Part shown: positions 1 to 12,595 of the stretch, piece by piece
Position numbering within the stretch: position 1 is the stretch's first letter
Layout of the letters: the number at the start of each line of letters is the position of its first letter
NCBI GenBank assembly: GCA_038087875.1
Contig: CM075988.1
Span: forward strand, 10,356,001-10,420,000
Origin: Malacoraja senta
Taxonomy: Eukaryota
DNA: 64,000 nt
Direction of reading: 5' to 3'
The notes under the pieces: generated by a model
Told to the model about the DNA's origin: nothing
The model's database searches: none
The model's input: the letters and a program-made list of their open reading frames with translations, nothing else
Made by a program: the position numbers and the translations under genes

Positions 1-56
1 TCAAAACATAAATTAAAGTTGTGATTATTGTTGACTTACATTGATTGAATTAAGAT

Positions 57-148
57 AGACGCAAGAAGCTGGAGTAACTCAGCGGGAGAGGCAGCATCTG
101 TGAAGAGAAGGAATGGGTGACGTTTCGGGTCCAGACTCTTCTTCAGAC
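57..148 (-). mobile_element. Penelope-like pLTR unit with minimal hammerhead core
   Basis: Minus strand reads CTGAAGAAGAGTCTGGACCCGAAACGTC followed by the recurrent ACCCATTCC...GATGCTGCC...GAGTTACTCCAGC unit. Confidence 0.7.
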
Positions 149-274
149 ACTTTTACTATAGATTGTGCAAGGATCATTCTGTATATTTTATTCATTTTAC
201 TTGACCTTCTTCTGGACTTCTTCATCTATATATTCAAATATCGTTTTACCTATATTAAAATACAGAATACTTAC

Positions 275-348
275 CAAGATATTTTTGCTTGAAGCCAACA
301 GTATCCTGCAATGAATTGCCCAAGATAGAAAACTCCAGTATTCCAGCC
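275..348 (-). other. Candidate host exon (74 nt)
   Basis: Acceptor cttatcttgtAG and donor G|GTAAGT on the minus strand, unique sequence, all three frames open; product not recognised. Confidence 0.3.
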
Positions 349-1584
349 CTACAAGATAAGAGGTTTCTCCTCAGTCTGTAATTTGTTAATGGTGCCACCT
401 GTGGTTTCATGCTTCCATCCATCAATTCTCTTCAATTTACCTTTCCTAACTTCAACCCTGTTCAGTTGTTTATTCTAGGCGATCAGATTTCATGAGTGAC
501 CAATGTGGAATAAAATAATTCATGCCCTCAATTGTTTCATGCCCTCATGATATCATTGAGTAATCCAGTGAAGAATTACAATTACATTATTGTCTTATCC
601 TGGTCATCCCTCACACTGACGTGCTGAATGCACCCCCAAAAGACTGCAGAATCATCAGTTGCTTCCGTTGTAACCTTCAGAGAACAAAAGAATGCTGGAG
701 GCAAAAGTGAAAACTTTTTTAATGCATAATGCAGTGTATCAGTTTCATTTTAAATCCCATTTCGATAAAACACTTCAGGGAACATCTATCCTCCAGTTGC
801 ACATCATTAAAATTCCTGTAAACAATGAGGAATTGATTTTTATGAAAGCAGTGATGTAGTTTTCAGCACACTAAAAATTGTCTTGCTGGCAGTTTACATA
901 TGTAAACTACTTGCTACTCAATTTTTGCAACAACGAATAATAGTGTGTGAAATTGTTCTTTGTGTCTAACGTTCACGATAATAAGAAATACTTTGTGCTT
1001 TCTTGCCCTCCTCTCTGAAGTTGACTCAAAATAAATCCATTGTTCGCAAGAATCCAGATAGGACGCCCATTTGTCTCCATACATTGTTACTGTCACTCCT
1101 GTGGAGACTGTAATCTTATTCTGATGTCTGTGTTCATTCCCTCTGCCAAACATCATTTGGAATTCATCCACGGAGAGTTGAAAGCAGCGATCTTCATCAT
1201 TCCGCAGAGGGATGAAATGTTCAGGCCTGCCCCATTTCACAAATGGATTAGAGTCAGAGCTTCAGTGCCTGAAATAAACCCCAGGAACATTTCCAATCCA
1301 AACTCCACTTTAGAATAATAATCATGCTTTTTAAAGAAAGGGCTTCAGGATAAGGAATAGTCTCGGTATTATTTTAAATTCTTCCCAGGCAATCTCCTGG
1401 AATTCAGGATAATTCCCTTCCATTTCAGTTTTGTGGGTTCTGAGATACCTGATGTGGAGACAACAGAGTCATTCACAGATGGGGCAGGAGGTGGCTGATG
1501 TGGATGGCTGGGGGGGTAGATTGTGGGGTAGTGCGCTCCTTTCACCAATTAAGCAGGACAGTACATGACGTCAAGTCATGGAGT

Positions 1585-2650
1585 CATAGAGTGATTCAGT
1601 GTGCAAACAGACCATTCAGCCCAACTTGCCCACACCGGCCAGCTATACTAGTCCCACCTGCCCACGTTTGGTCCATATCCCTCCAAACCTGCCCTTTTCA
1701 TGTACCTGTCTAACTATTTCTTAAACGTTGTGATAGACCCGGCCTCAACTACCTCCTCTGGCAGCTTGTTCCATACACCCACCACCCTTTGTCTGAAAAA
1801 GTTACCCCTCAGATTCCTATTAAATGTTTTCCTCTTCACCTTAAACCTATGTCCTCTGGTCCTCGATTCACCTACTCTGGACTAGAGATTCTGTGCATCG
1901 ACCCGATCTATTCCTCTCATGATTTTATACACCTCTATAAGATCACCCCTCATCCTCCTAGGTTCCCAATATCATCCTATATATTCCTTCTCCACTTCGA
2001 ATGGTCATGGACCAGAGTCTTCAAGCAGATGTTGCAGATGATGAAAGATTTTATTGGGAGAAGGCAGGAGAATGGGGTTGAGAGGAAAGATAGATCCACC
2101 ATGATTGAATGCCGGCGTAGACTTGATGGGCTGAATGGCCTAATTCTGCTCCTGTACCTTATTTATTTATTTATGTGCTTAGATAATAGAACGTGCTGCA
2201 GAGGAACAGACCCTTGTCCCATAACGTATGTGACAAACATAATGCCAAGATAAACTAATCCCATTTGCCTGCACATGATCCATATGTCTCCATTCTTTGT
2301 ATATCCATGTGCCTATCCAAAAGCTCTCAAACGCCACTTTTGTATCCACCTCCACCACCACCCCTGCACACAACACATTCCAGGTACGCATCACCCTCTG
2401 GGTGTAAAAGACTTTCCCCGCAAATTTCCTTTAAACTTTGCTCCCCTCACTTTAAAGCTATGTGCTCTAGTATTTGATATTTACATCTTGAGAAAAAATA
2501 ATCTGACTGTGTACCCAATCTATGCCTCTTTTAATGTTATATACTTCTATAAGGCCTCCCCTCAACCTCTGGATTTCCAGAGACAATAATCCATGTCTGT
2601 CCAACTTCTCCTATTATCTAATACCATCCAATACAGGCATCATTCTTCTG
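1585..2650. mobile_element. Cluster of CR1-type 3' fragments in mixed orientation
   Basis: Similar to the 3' end of the CR1 at 34000-34430; ORF 1700-1885 is typical CR1 antisense (KKLPLRFLLN...LNLCPLVLD). Confidence 0.7.
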
Positions 2651-3209
2651 GACCCTATCCAAATCCTAAACATCTGTATAAAATAGTAGCTTGTGATTTC
2701 AAGAGTTATTCACATTATTCCCTTTATCATGTATCTGTATTGTGGATGGCTCAATTATAATCATGTATTGCCTTTCCACTGTCTGGTAAGCACGCAACAA
2801 ACGCTTTTCATTGTACCTCGGTATATGTAACAATAAAACTAAACTCAAACTCACAGCCACCTCCACACCACTGAGGGCACATTCAAGATTCCAACTTCCA
2901 GTCTTGAGTCTACTGTCCTCCTGACAACTTGCATTCTTTGTGAGATCTGCAGTGGGCAAAGAAAGAGAAAAGTGCTGTTTCAATAGCACCTGAAGATAAG
3001 GATGGAGGTGCTATTAAAGTTTACTTCAGTTGACATAAGACAAAAACGGTGGTTGCCAGACAATGGTCACACACTGCCATATAACATTTCTCAGTTGCCA
3101 TTTCAATACCAGTTTGCGCAGACTGATCAACGAGATTGATGTACGCAGAAATCCTATGCTCAAAGATAATTCAATTGAGGAGACCTAGGACAGAAAGGTC
3201 TGTGGGGGA

Positions 3210-3690
3210 ACACTTTAATTCTCCTTCCCATTCCCACACAGACCTTTCTGATCTCTGTCTCTTCTATCATCAGAGTGAGGCTAAATGCAAATTGAAGGAA
3301 TAGCATTTCATATTTTGCTTGGGCAGCTTACAGGCCAGTGGTATGAATATTGATTTATTTAACTTCCAGTAACCCAGACATACCCCCTCTCTCTATCCCT
3401 CCGCCACCTAAGTCGCACGAGCTTCTCGTTTTCACCTAACAAATAGCTAATAATGACCTGTTTCCTTTATCATCGTAACTTTTTTGCATATCTTTCATTC
3501 ATTGTTCTTTATCTCTGTACATCATCATCATTATCTCTCATTTCCCTTATCCCTAACAAGTCTGAAGAAGGGTCCCGACCTGAAACGACACCCATTCATT
3601 CTCTCCAGAGATGCTGCCTGTCCTGTTGAGTTACTCCAGTTTTTTGTGTCTATCTTCGGTTTAAACCAGCTTCTGCAGTTCCTTGCTATA
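3210..3690 (+). mobile_element. Penelope-like 3' fragment (GIY-YIG C-terminus, 3' UTR, hammerhead-bearing pLTR unit)
   Basis: Degenerate HFNSPSHSHTDLS...LGSLQ..GMNID, then CTGAAGAAGGGTCCCGACCTGAAAC at about 3562-3586. Confidence 0.75.
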
Positions 3691-4980
3691 CATAATTCAA
3701 TTGAGGATTACGGCTACAGCCCTGTCACTGTGATTGCCCACACAATCACTAGCCCACCCCGGATATTGATAGTGAATCTACCCAATAAGTAGCTGGTGTA
3801 TAATAGTAAAAAAAAATACAGGGCTGATTTTACTCATTTATCATAATACAAAGATCCCTTGCTGGTCTTATAGTGTTCTTCACCTTGGGATTTCACAACC
3901 AGATGCCATACATTTCACTTTTCAAAACAGACACCGTTTATGATACTTTGAAATCTGGTCAAGATTTCATTTGGTGGCTTGATGTTGGACAATGTATAAT
4001 TGTAAATTCTTACCATGGCTCACAAATTTCTATTCAATCTTTGTTAACCTTAACACAGAAGAAGTGTTTTTCGCATTTTATTTTTCACACCAAAGTCATA
4101 TACCGAGGTAAAACACAAAGAGCTGGAGGAACTCAATGGGCCAGGCAGCATCTGAGGATAGATTGGACAGGTAACATTTTGCGTCAGAAACCTCCTTCCA
4201 CCATCTACATCTGCAGTTCCTTGTTTCTTCAGATACTAGGGTTGTATGTTGATCACGGCTATCAGTAATTTCCCGCTTCCGTACTTATTCTGTCTATCAT
4301 CATTTCCCCTTTATCGGGAAAGAAAATCATAAAGTAGCCAAGATCTAAGCAGAAGAGTTCTGGCCAAGTTTCATACAGCAGTTATATCACGCACTCATTG
4401 TTAACATTAAGTAACATTCTTGCCAGATACTCATTTGTGAATTGATGTGAATCACTTTAAAAAGGTATGAGATTCCACCTTTACTTGTCAAGGTGGCAGG
4501 TTAATTGATTTATGCATTTAATCCAGAGGAAGTTACTGATCGCGTAGTCTCTTAGTAACGATATTTTGACAATTTTACACTGTGATCATATGCATAAAGG
4601 GACGACCTAATCTGCGAGTTTAAACAAGTTGGCCCTCGACTCAATCTCGCAGCATGGTCGACACGTGATCCTAGGAGGTCCTATGAGGTCACTGGAACTC
4701 TCCTTCATGCTCGAGGGAAGTTCCCGAAAACTCATGGCCTCAGCTAGGTCACGGAAACATTTCCAGCATGTAGAAACATTTTCCGCGAGTAAAAATTGGT
4801 CGACATGGTTCTTTGTAACTCATACTGCAGTGGAGTGAGGGCAGCTGTAGGCAATCTCCTTCGCTGACCGGGCATTTTAATTGGCTCACTGGAGTTTTCA
4901 GGACCAAGAAAAACTGACCGGTAGGTTAAATGCCCGCGAAACTTCATTATACTTCTTAAAAGTGTCTCCACTCCTTCGGC

Positions 4981-5210
4981 CCCTCCCTTCTCCCTCCTTC
5001 TCTCTCCTTCTCTCTCCTTCTCTCTCCTTCTCTCTCCTTCTTCTCTCTCCTTCTTCTCTCTCCTTCTTCTCTCTCCTTCTTCTCTCTCCTTCTCTCTCCT
5101 TCTCTCTCCTTCTCTCTCCTTCTCTCTCCTTCTCTCTCCTTCTCTCTCCTTCTCTCTCCTTCTCTCTCCTTCTCTCTCCTTCTCTCCCCCTCTCTCCCCC
5201 CCCCCACCCC
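4981..5210. repeat. (CTCTCTCCTT)n-type pyrimidine tandem repeat
   Basis: Directly visible tandem units of about 10 nt. Confidence 0.95.
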
Positions 5211-5323
5211 TCCGCGCTCTTTAAATGACTTACCATTACTGTGCAGCAGTCTTACCTTCCTCTTCATCGTGGGTGTGAATTTCAGACAGCGCTCCCCCGT
5301 TTCCCTGGCCCCCGCTTTTGCGA

Positions 5324-5357
<34 letters not shown>

Positions 5358-5387
5358 AGTGCGTGTGTGTGTGTGTGTGTGTGTGTG
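5324..5387. repeat. (GT)n microsatellite
   Basis: Directly visible. Confidence 0.95.
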
Positions 5388-7282
5388 CGGTCGGTTGATC
5401 CAGCTCGCGGTTTAATCGCTGACGGTCGATCCAGCTCGCGGTTTTTCAGGCGAGTGCTCTCGAGCTTGAAGGTCGAAGACACTCTTCTGAATTCGCGGAT
5501 TAGGTCGTCACAGTGGGACAGCACCTTTAGGTGACGAGGAACTGGGAGTGTAACTAAGTCAGTTAACTCTGCATCATCCTTAATAGATATCAACCATCAC
5601 CTGTAGCATATTTCTTGCCCCCTTTCTCACTTCTCACTCCACTCACCCACATTCCTGAAAGTTCACTGCTAGACTCCAGTCTCTGGTTCATGATTCCTGT
5701 TGCACATCTTAATTCATTCCTACTGTGTTTCAGCCACACACTTGACCCACATACACAACCCCTGGACCCAGCTGCACTGTTACTGGTTAAAAATCTCTTC
5801 AGATTCTGCAATCAAACTTAATTCTCCAGAGATTTCAATCATTCTATCGGTAACACAGCTTGCATTCGAAAGTGCCTTCAGCCTTTCCCTACCAACCAGG
5901 AGAACATCTGTGGTATATAACGCTCAAAGTACAACCCACAACAGTCCAAACCTCCTCGAGGGCAGGGCACAGGGCAGCAGTGATCCTGGGCTTTCTACTT
6001 GCTTGAGACCTGACCTATTTCTTGAAGGCACCTTAAGGCACTGAAAAATACCTTCTCTGGTCCATCTCTGCAAAATCCTTCAAACCTATTGGAAGAATAT
6101 GTTAATAACTTCTCTCCTAGACTAGTAGACAAAGCATTGAAGCATTTTAGTGAGTTATTTTTGTTCAGTCAGGTCTCATCAAGCTCAGACCCAAATCCAG
6201 ATTTCTGAAACAGTACCTTTTTTCCAACCTCTGGGGTCATAGGAAGAGATTAGTAGTTGGACTGAGAAAATAAATTCACGGATGCTTAGTTTGATTTAGA
6301 GATACATCGTGAAATCCGGCCTTTTGGCCAACCGAGTCCAAGCCGACCATCAATCACCCGTACACTAGTTCTATGTTATCACACTTTTGCATCCTTCACC
6401 CTAGGGGCAATTCACAGAAGCCAATTAATCTAAAAACCTGCACGTCTCTTGAATGTCCTGACCCAAAACATCACCGTTCAATGTTCTCCAGAGATGCTGA
6501 CTGACCTGTGTGAGTTACTCCAGCATTTTGTATCTATTTTTCCCTCCACAGATGCTGCCTGACCCATTGAGTTCCTCTAACACTTCATATTTTTTTCGTG
6601 CTTTCATCGGAACTGGGAATAGTTAAGAAAAGGAGTTTTACAAGCAAAATTGGATGAGCAAGAAAGCAATGTAAATATTAATTGCAAGTATTTTCTGAAG
6701 GTTGAATACTTCCCTGCAAGTCCACAATGGTTTATCCTTGCTTTTCCTGCAAAGTTGAAGTGTAACAATATTTGGAATTGCCATTATATTGAAACTGAAT
6801 TGAAATATCATGCCAGATAAGTGGTTAACATACCCAGACAGGTGTTTTGCTTTCTTCAAATTTGCTCACAAGCTGTCTAATGTTACAAAGTCCATAATTT
6901 GTCAGGTTGGAATGAACTGTCATCCAGCTGATGCTTTGGCATTTGGCTGGTGTGCTCTTGTGAGTGCATCCAAACCCCCTGCTCTCACAGCTTAAAACAT
7001 CAGAACCGACTTGGAGGAAACTCAACAGGACGACAGTGAAACTAGTACAATGACTAGGGTGGGGGGAGTGGCAGAGAGAGAAGGGATGCAAGGGTTATTT
7101 GAAGTTAGAAAAATCAATATTCATACCGCTGGGTTGTCAGCAGAACTTGGTTTGAATTTACCTTACATCCAATTATAAAACTGGTTCACAAAGCCTATTT
7201 TAGTTAAGATTACAACACAGTCATCTCCAACCCTTTCTAGTTTATTTGCCATGGGCAGCGTTATTGCGTTAGGTAATTATTA

Positions 7283-7615
7283 GGGTAGCATAGTGGTTTA
7301 GCGGTAGAACTACTGCCTTACAGCGGCAGACACCCAGGTTTGATTCTGACTATGGGTGCTGTTCTGTACAGTTTGTACGTTCTCCCTGTGACGCGCGGGT
7401 TTTCTCCATGATCTTCGGTTTCCTCCCACACTCCAAAGACGTACAGCTTTTTAGGTTAATTGGCTTGGTATAAATGTAAAATTGTCCCTAGTGTGTGTAG
7501 ATTAGTGTTAATGTGCGGGGATCGCTGGTCGTTATGGACACGGTGGGTCGAAGGGCTTGTTTCCGTGCTGTATCTCTAAACTAAACTATACTAAACTAAA
7601 CTAAACTAAACTAAA
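7283..7615 (+). mobile_element. tRNA-derived V-SINE (HE1-like), full length
   Basis: tRNA-like head with A/B-box-like motifs, V-domain (gtttgtacgttctccctgtg...ttcctcccacactccaaagac), (AAACT)n tail. Confidence 0.85.
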
Positions 7616-8719
7616 TAGACGCACTTTGCATTATAAAGCTGGTTCACAAAGCCTGTTCTGGTCAAGTTCACAACACATTCACCTCATGGCAGATACTATT
7701 TACAAACAAATGGAGGAAAAAAACAAACGCAAGGATTGGATCACTATTTCCCACCTTGGATACTCAAACCTCTGTCACACCACATGGATGTTGGCCCAAG
7801 ACATGATTGAATAATTACTCATGATTTACATTATGACGTCTGAAAAAACCCATTACGTGCAGTGGTTTATAATATTGTTTCACCATTTACAATGCTTCGA
7901 TTTTAACATCGCTCCATCTGGTTTGAGTATCCAAGATGGTGAACAGGATCCAATGCTTGCATTTGTTTTTTCCACAACTTGTTTGAAAATGCCACTTGCC
8001 ATGAGATGACTGTGTTGTTAACATGACTAAGATAGGCTTTGTGAAACAATTTTATAATGCAAAATGCTTTATTTATTTCCCGTAGCAAATAAACCAGAGA
8101 AGGTTGTAGATGGACACTGGAAGCACTGCAGGGGGATAACATGTTGGTGAATTCATTGAATGAAAGTTACAGCATGGCAACAAGCTCTTTGACCCACCGA
8201 GTCCACGCTGAACATTGATAGTAAGATTAAACGAGAACTTACCAGTTTGAAGTTTGATCTTTATTCGATGAGGGATTACGTGAAGAAGCCCGCCAGCCCG
8301 CATGCGCGTCAACCTTCAAAGCAGCGGTGTGAAATCACAGATAACAGTTGTTGAACTGAATATAGGAAGATTCAAGAAACTAGAACTACCAGCTGACCTT
8401 TATGAGAGAGGGTTGGGAGTGGAGGGCACGTAATCCCTCATCGTAACTCCTCATAAAATAAAGATCAAACTTCAAACTGGTAAGTTCTCATTTAATCTTA
8501 CTAATTTACTTCGGAGTCACGTGACTGACTACGTGAAGATTTCAAAGCTCTGTGATTTCATGCCATGAACACGAGTCCATGCAACACACTGCATTAGTTG
8601 ACCAAAGATGAGTGAAAATCACACTGCATTCAGACATCACATAGAGTTAAAGCATGCTGATGCTTTTTATTAAACAAAATGATATATATGAAAATAATAG
8701 TGACCCCGGGGTAAATTAT

Positions 8720-9545
8720 AAAACAGAACTTAAAATTGAGTTGGCAAACACCCCCGGCCTGGCAATGGGTTTGTTATATAAAGTTCTCTCGTTTGACCAT
8801 CCCGCCGCCGCTAGGATGTGGTCCAGTGGAACCTCGCTGCTGATGTTGTTGCAGCCCTAGTGGAGTGAGATTTAAAAATATCAGTGTCCACACCTGCACA
8901 AGCCAAAACCTATCTTAACCACCTCGAGATGGTCTGCACTGACACCCTCTTGTGAGGTTTTTTATAACTAACAAACACTGCTAGTTCAGTGCCTCTGAGA
9001 CTTTTTGTGGCCTTGATATACAGTTGTAGATGTGTGACCACACACAACCGCATGTCCATGGGATATGCCATAAACTCTAATTTGAGACCTGACGCCCCTG
9101 GTCTGCTCTGCTTCACTAAGTCATGCACATAAAATGTTATTTTACTGGCAGATGTAACCATTGTGTCCAGTCGCAGTTTATGCAACGACTGGACCCGTTG
9201 CGCCGAAACCAGAGCCATGAGCTTCACCACTTTAAAAGTGAGTTTGACCAGTGACAGGGATGTAGCTGGAGCCCACTGCCGAAGCAGCGTCAGTACAATG
9301 TTCACATCCCATATCTCCGAGTACCTTGACCTGGGGGGATTAGTGTTGAAGATACCCTTCATGAACCTGGATATCAGCGGGTGAGACCCGACAGTGTGGC
9401 GTCCCGATCCCAGCACAAGTATGACGACAATGCACTCCTGGCACAATTAATGGCACTGTAACTCAATCTCTTGTCAAAAAATAGATTGGACAGAAATTAC
9501 AAGACATCCGTCACACGTGCCGTGTCATACGTGATGTTGGACTGC
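8720..9545 (-). pseudogene. DIRS tyrosine recombinase (YR), disrupted
   Basis: ORF 8910-9446 (HPLISRFMKG, WDVN, VSAQR); after a stop comes SHSTRAA, then in a shifted frame ILAAAGWS...YNKPI. Confidence 0.9.
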
Positions 9546-10621
9546 AAAAATTCAGAAATAACATCAGCTGGTAGCCGCATAGGTCTGTTAAAATGACCTA
9601 CATGGTATTTGAGTGCTTGCTCCTTTGCACGTTGTAAATTCTGATAATGCAAAGGTCCAAACTGTGCAACTGGAAAGGCAGCCACTAATTTGCCAATTAC
9701 CCAGGCTACTTGTCGAATAGATGGTTGCTCAATAACAACAAGGTTGTTACAGGCTTCTATTAATTCTAAACTCTTGCCCCAGGGCAGAGTCACAGACATG
9801 TGAATAGAGTTAATGGTAAATCCCAAATAATCAATAACTCTGGATGGTATCAACTTAGATTTAGCTGGATGGATGAGAAACCCCAATCTCTCAAACAAGA
9901 GTTTAGTGGCTGAAACAGCTTATTTAGCTAATTTCAGAGTTTTCCCTATGATTAGGATATCATCCAAGTATGCCATAACAATATGATTTTGAGCTCTAAG
10001 AAGCCTAAGCACCAGTTTCAATAATTTGGTAAATAATCTGGGGGCTGATGTTAACCCATTAGGCAATGCTTTAAACTGCCACAGTTGCCCCATCCAGTTA
10101 AACTTCAAATACCTCCGGTGATCCCTGTGAATGGGTACCGAATAGTATGCATCTTTGAGATCGATGCATGCCATAAAGCATCCTTTGGAAAACAGTTGTT
10201 TGGCAGTAACAAAGTTTTCCATTTTTAAATGTCTATACTGCACAAAAGCGTTAAGTTGAGTCAAATCAAGGATGATTCGGCATCCTCCATCTTTTTTTTG
10301 TCTTGTGAGTATATTAGAAACGAATTCGTGAGGTTCATGACTCGACGTCTCAATTACCCCTTTTGTATATAACTTTTGAATTTCAGCTTGCACATCCAAA
10401 CCTTCTTGTTGGGAATGAACAAACGTCCGGTTTGGTGCATGCTGTGTGGGTGGAAATGAATTGGGAAGGAATTCGATTTGGAACCCTTGTATACTGTGCA
10501 GTATAAACTGATCTGACGTTATCCATCTCCATTCATTCAAAAACAAGTGTAATCTCCCACCAACTTGTAAATGGTCCACACACCCCATGTTCCGGAAAGA
10601 ACCAGACCCACCTACCTCCAT
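9546..10621 (-). pseudogene. DIRS reverse transcriptase with internal stop; RNase H/methyltransferase region deleted
   Basis: VGGRL, RIILDL, IDLKDAYY, LPNGLTSAP and YLDD motifs; stop at 9920-9922; fuses to the YR N-terminus near 9546. Confidence 0.92.
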
Positions 10622-10645
10622 GGTTATCGGTGGTTTATATGGTTT

Positions 10646-11045
10646 TTACTTCTGCCCCCGAGGTTTGGGGGGTAGGGTTGCTGGAGTGCACAGATTGTGC
10701 ATCTTCCACAAGGGCCGGCCTGGGCCTGGGCCTTGGCCTAAAAAAGACTTCGGCCCAGAATATACGGCCTTCGAGCTGCCACCAGCTTCAGCAAACCGCT
10801 TACTGCTGGTGGAAGCGTAGGGGTGCTGCCGCCGGAATGGTAAAGCTCTGCTTGTCGACGGCACCTTCATCAGCCCGACAGCCTTCGCTTCTTCGTCGAG
10901 GTCCTTGACCTGTTTTGGCAGATTTTCTCCGAAGAGAAGATTCGGTGGCTGAACGGTGCTGGCCCTGCACAAACCCGCAAATTTGGGGTTCAGGGCAGGT
11001 CGGATGGCATTTTTACGAAAGCAGTTAATTTCAAAATGTGCATTG

Positions 11046-11079
<34 letters not shown>

Positions 11080-11938
11080 GATTTTATTTATATAGTGCTT
11101 TTCAGGACTCAAAGTCGCTTATAAGCCAGGGCATCCTGCTGTACATCAGACAATGGACCCCCATCCACGGACCTGGCAAACGCCGTGATGCCTGAGGCCA
11201 GCAATTTGAGGATTCTCTGGAGCTTTACCTCCTGGACTTTGATGCCCCCACCAATATATCCCCAAATCGAGTTGTTCACAGCCGGTACGTTTAGCGAAGC
11301 ACAGTTCCCAGGTGTGTGGTACTTGGCAGATGTATCCATCATTACCTGTTCCTGCAGCTGGTGGGAAGTGAGGTAGTTAATGCTTGCAGCAAATTCCTTT
11401 TGTAGCGGCTCCCCTGTTTGTGATGGTATCGCAAATTTAGACGCTATGGCAGGCAAATCCTGTGCGTCATGCAAACTGGTATGCTCCCCAGCCATACCTC
11501 CAAATTCGGAGTCAGTCCAGAACTGACTCCGTACGCTCCCCTCCTCAGAGAGGGAGACATTATGCAACCCTGAACCAGGCGCCGCCGCGGGCCCCCGAGG
11601 AGACCCGCGCTGATATAACTCCGTTCCCCGGAGAATATAATGATGGAGCTTCCTTTCCATCAGGTGCTCCATCCGGGATAAACGTCCGAAGACGCTATCC
11701 ATTGTAGGCGGCGAGTCCTCCTGGCCTGACTCGTCCGAGTACACAGGCCTGTCCGACTTTTTCTTGGCTTTACCCCCTTTCTGGGTTACCAAAGTGCTTT
11801 CGACAGGGACCAAGTCGGAAGCCGCACCGTCAGCGACTCGGATGGCGAAATCGCCGGCTGCCGGCTACCCACACTCTCGCGGTCCTCTGTAGCTGGTTTC
11901 CCCATGGCCCGTCTGGACTTTGCCCTGGATTTTTCCAT
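10646..11938 (-). pseudogene. DIRS gag-like ORF1, frameshifted and interrupted
   Basis: ORFs 11109-11813 and 10646-11050 (PGNCASLNVPAVNNSIW, RPALNPKF, LLFGENL); upstream ATG at 11938. Confidence 0.8.
11054..11123 (-). mobile_element. Very short L2-type 3' tail inserted in DIRS gag
   Basis: TAAGCGACTTTGAGTCCTGAAAAGCACTATATAAATAAA followed by (TTA)n; splits QQDALA|LMCNAHFE. Confidence 0.7.
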
Positions 11939-12034
11939 GGTAATTCGAATCTCGAAGTTCTGTAATCAAGATTACTGAACAAAAAACGACCTCAGAATAA
12001 GTGCAAAACTTACCTGTAGGGCCTTTTAAACTAA

Positions 12035-12595
12035 AGGCTCTGTCTTACCTGTTTGCGGTCATCGGCGGTGAAGCGCGGCTTCGCCTGTAGAGTGGACCGC
12101 ACGGCAACGGCGAGAGCGCCGAGCCTATCCACGGGAGCGCCGCACGGATGCTGCTCGGGGGCCGAGTGATTCAAATACGGAGGGTCCCACGTGCTTGCGG
12201 TAAGTAAACAAAAGGGCGGGCCGACTGCGATGACTTCGGCCCGCCGCACGTGACTCACTAGCGGCGGCTGTGGCGGCGGCCGTGCTGTAAAGGTGGCTGT
12301 GCCTGCGGCCGTGCCGCACACGTGCCTCACTGGCGGAGGCTGTGGCAGAGGAAGTTTGACGCACGGCGCTCGAGCCACATTGGCGGCGGCCCGTGCGGGC
12401 GGCCGTGCCGCACTCGTGCATCACTGGTGGAGGTTGTGCGGTAAGAATATAGTTTTCAACAGTGTAGGTTTTATTTTAGCACCGTGCGGTGTTGGGAACG
12501 GCCCCGGAATTGTGCGTTCTCACGAGTGCGCGGTCTATGGCGGCAGATTCTTCCCGTATCGCCGCCAATGACCGCAGACTCGTGAGACAGGCCTT
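12035..12595. mobile_element. GC-rich PIF/Harbinger-type MITE inserted in the DIRS 5' UTR
   Basis: TIRs AGGCTCTGTCTTAC / GTGAGACAGGCCTT, flanked by TAA and TTA; close relative at 52355-52959. Confidence 0.8.

Larger units (their letters stand above)
4598..5526. mobile_element. PIF/Harbinger-type MITE with internal CT-rich minisatellite and (GT)n
   Basis: Right TIR ATTAGGTCGTCACAGTGGGACAGCACCT followed by TTA; left TIR internally deleted (TAA AGGG|ACGACCTAAT); interior similar to the 26346-27370 elements. Confidence 0.7.

Noticed and set aside
914..1318. ORFs on both strands in unique-looking DNA
   Set aside because: No convincing in-frame splice acceptor and no recognisable motif; left uncalled.
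4881..5593. ORFs rich in E/R, L/S, C/V or H/T
   Set aside because: Translations of simple repeats.
7283..7360. tRNA-like sequences at SINE heads
   Set aside because: These are degenerate SINE promoters followed by V-domain bodies, not tRNA genes.
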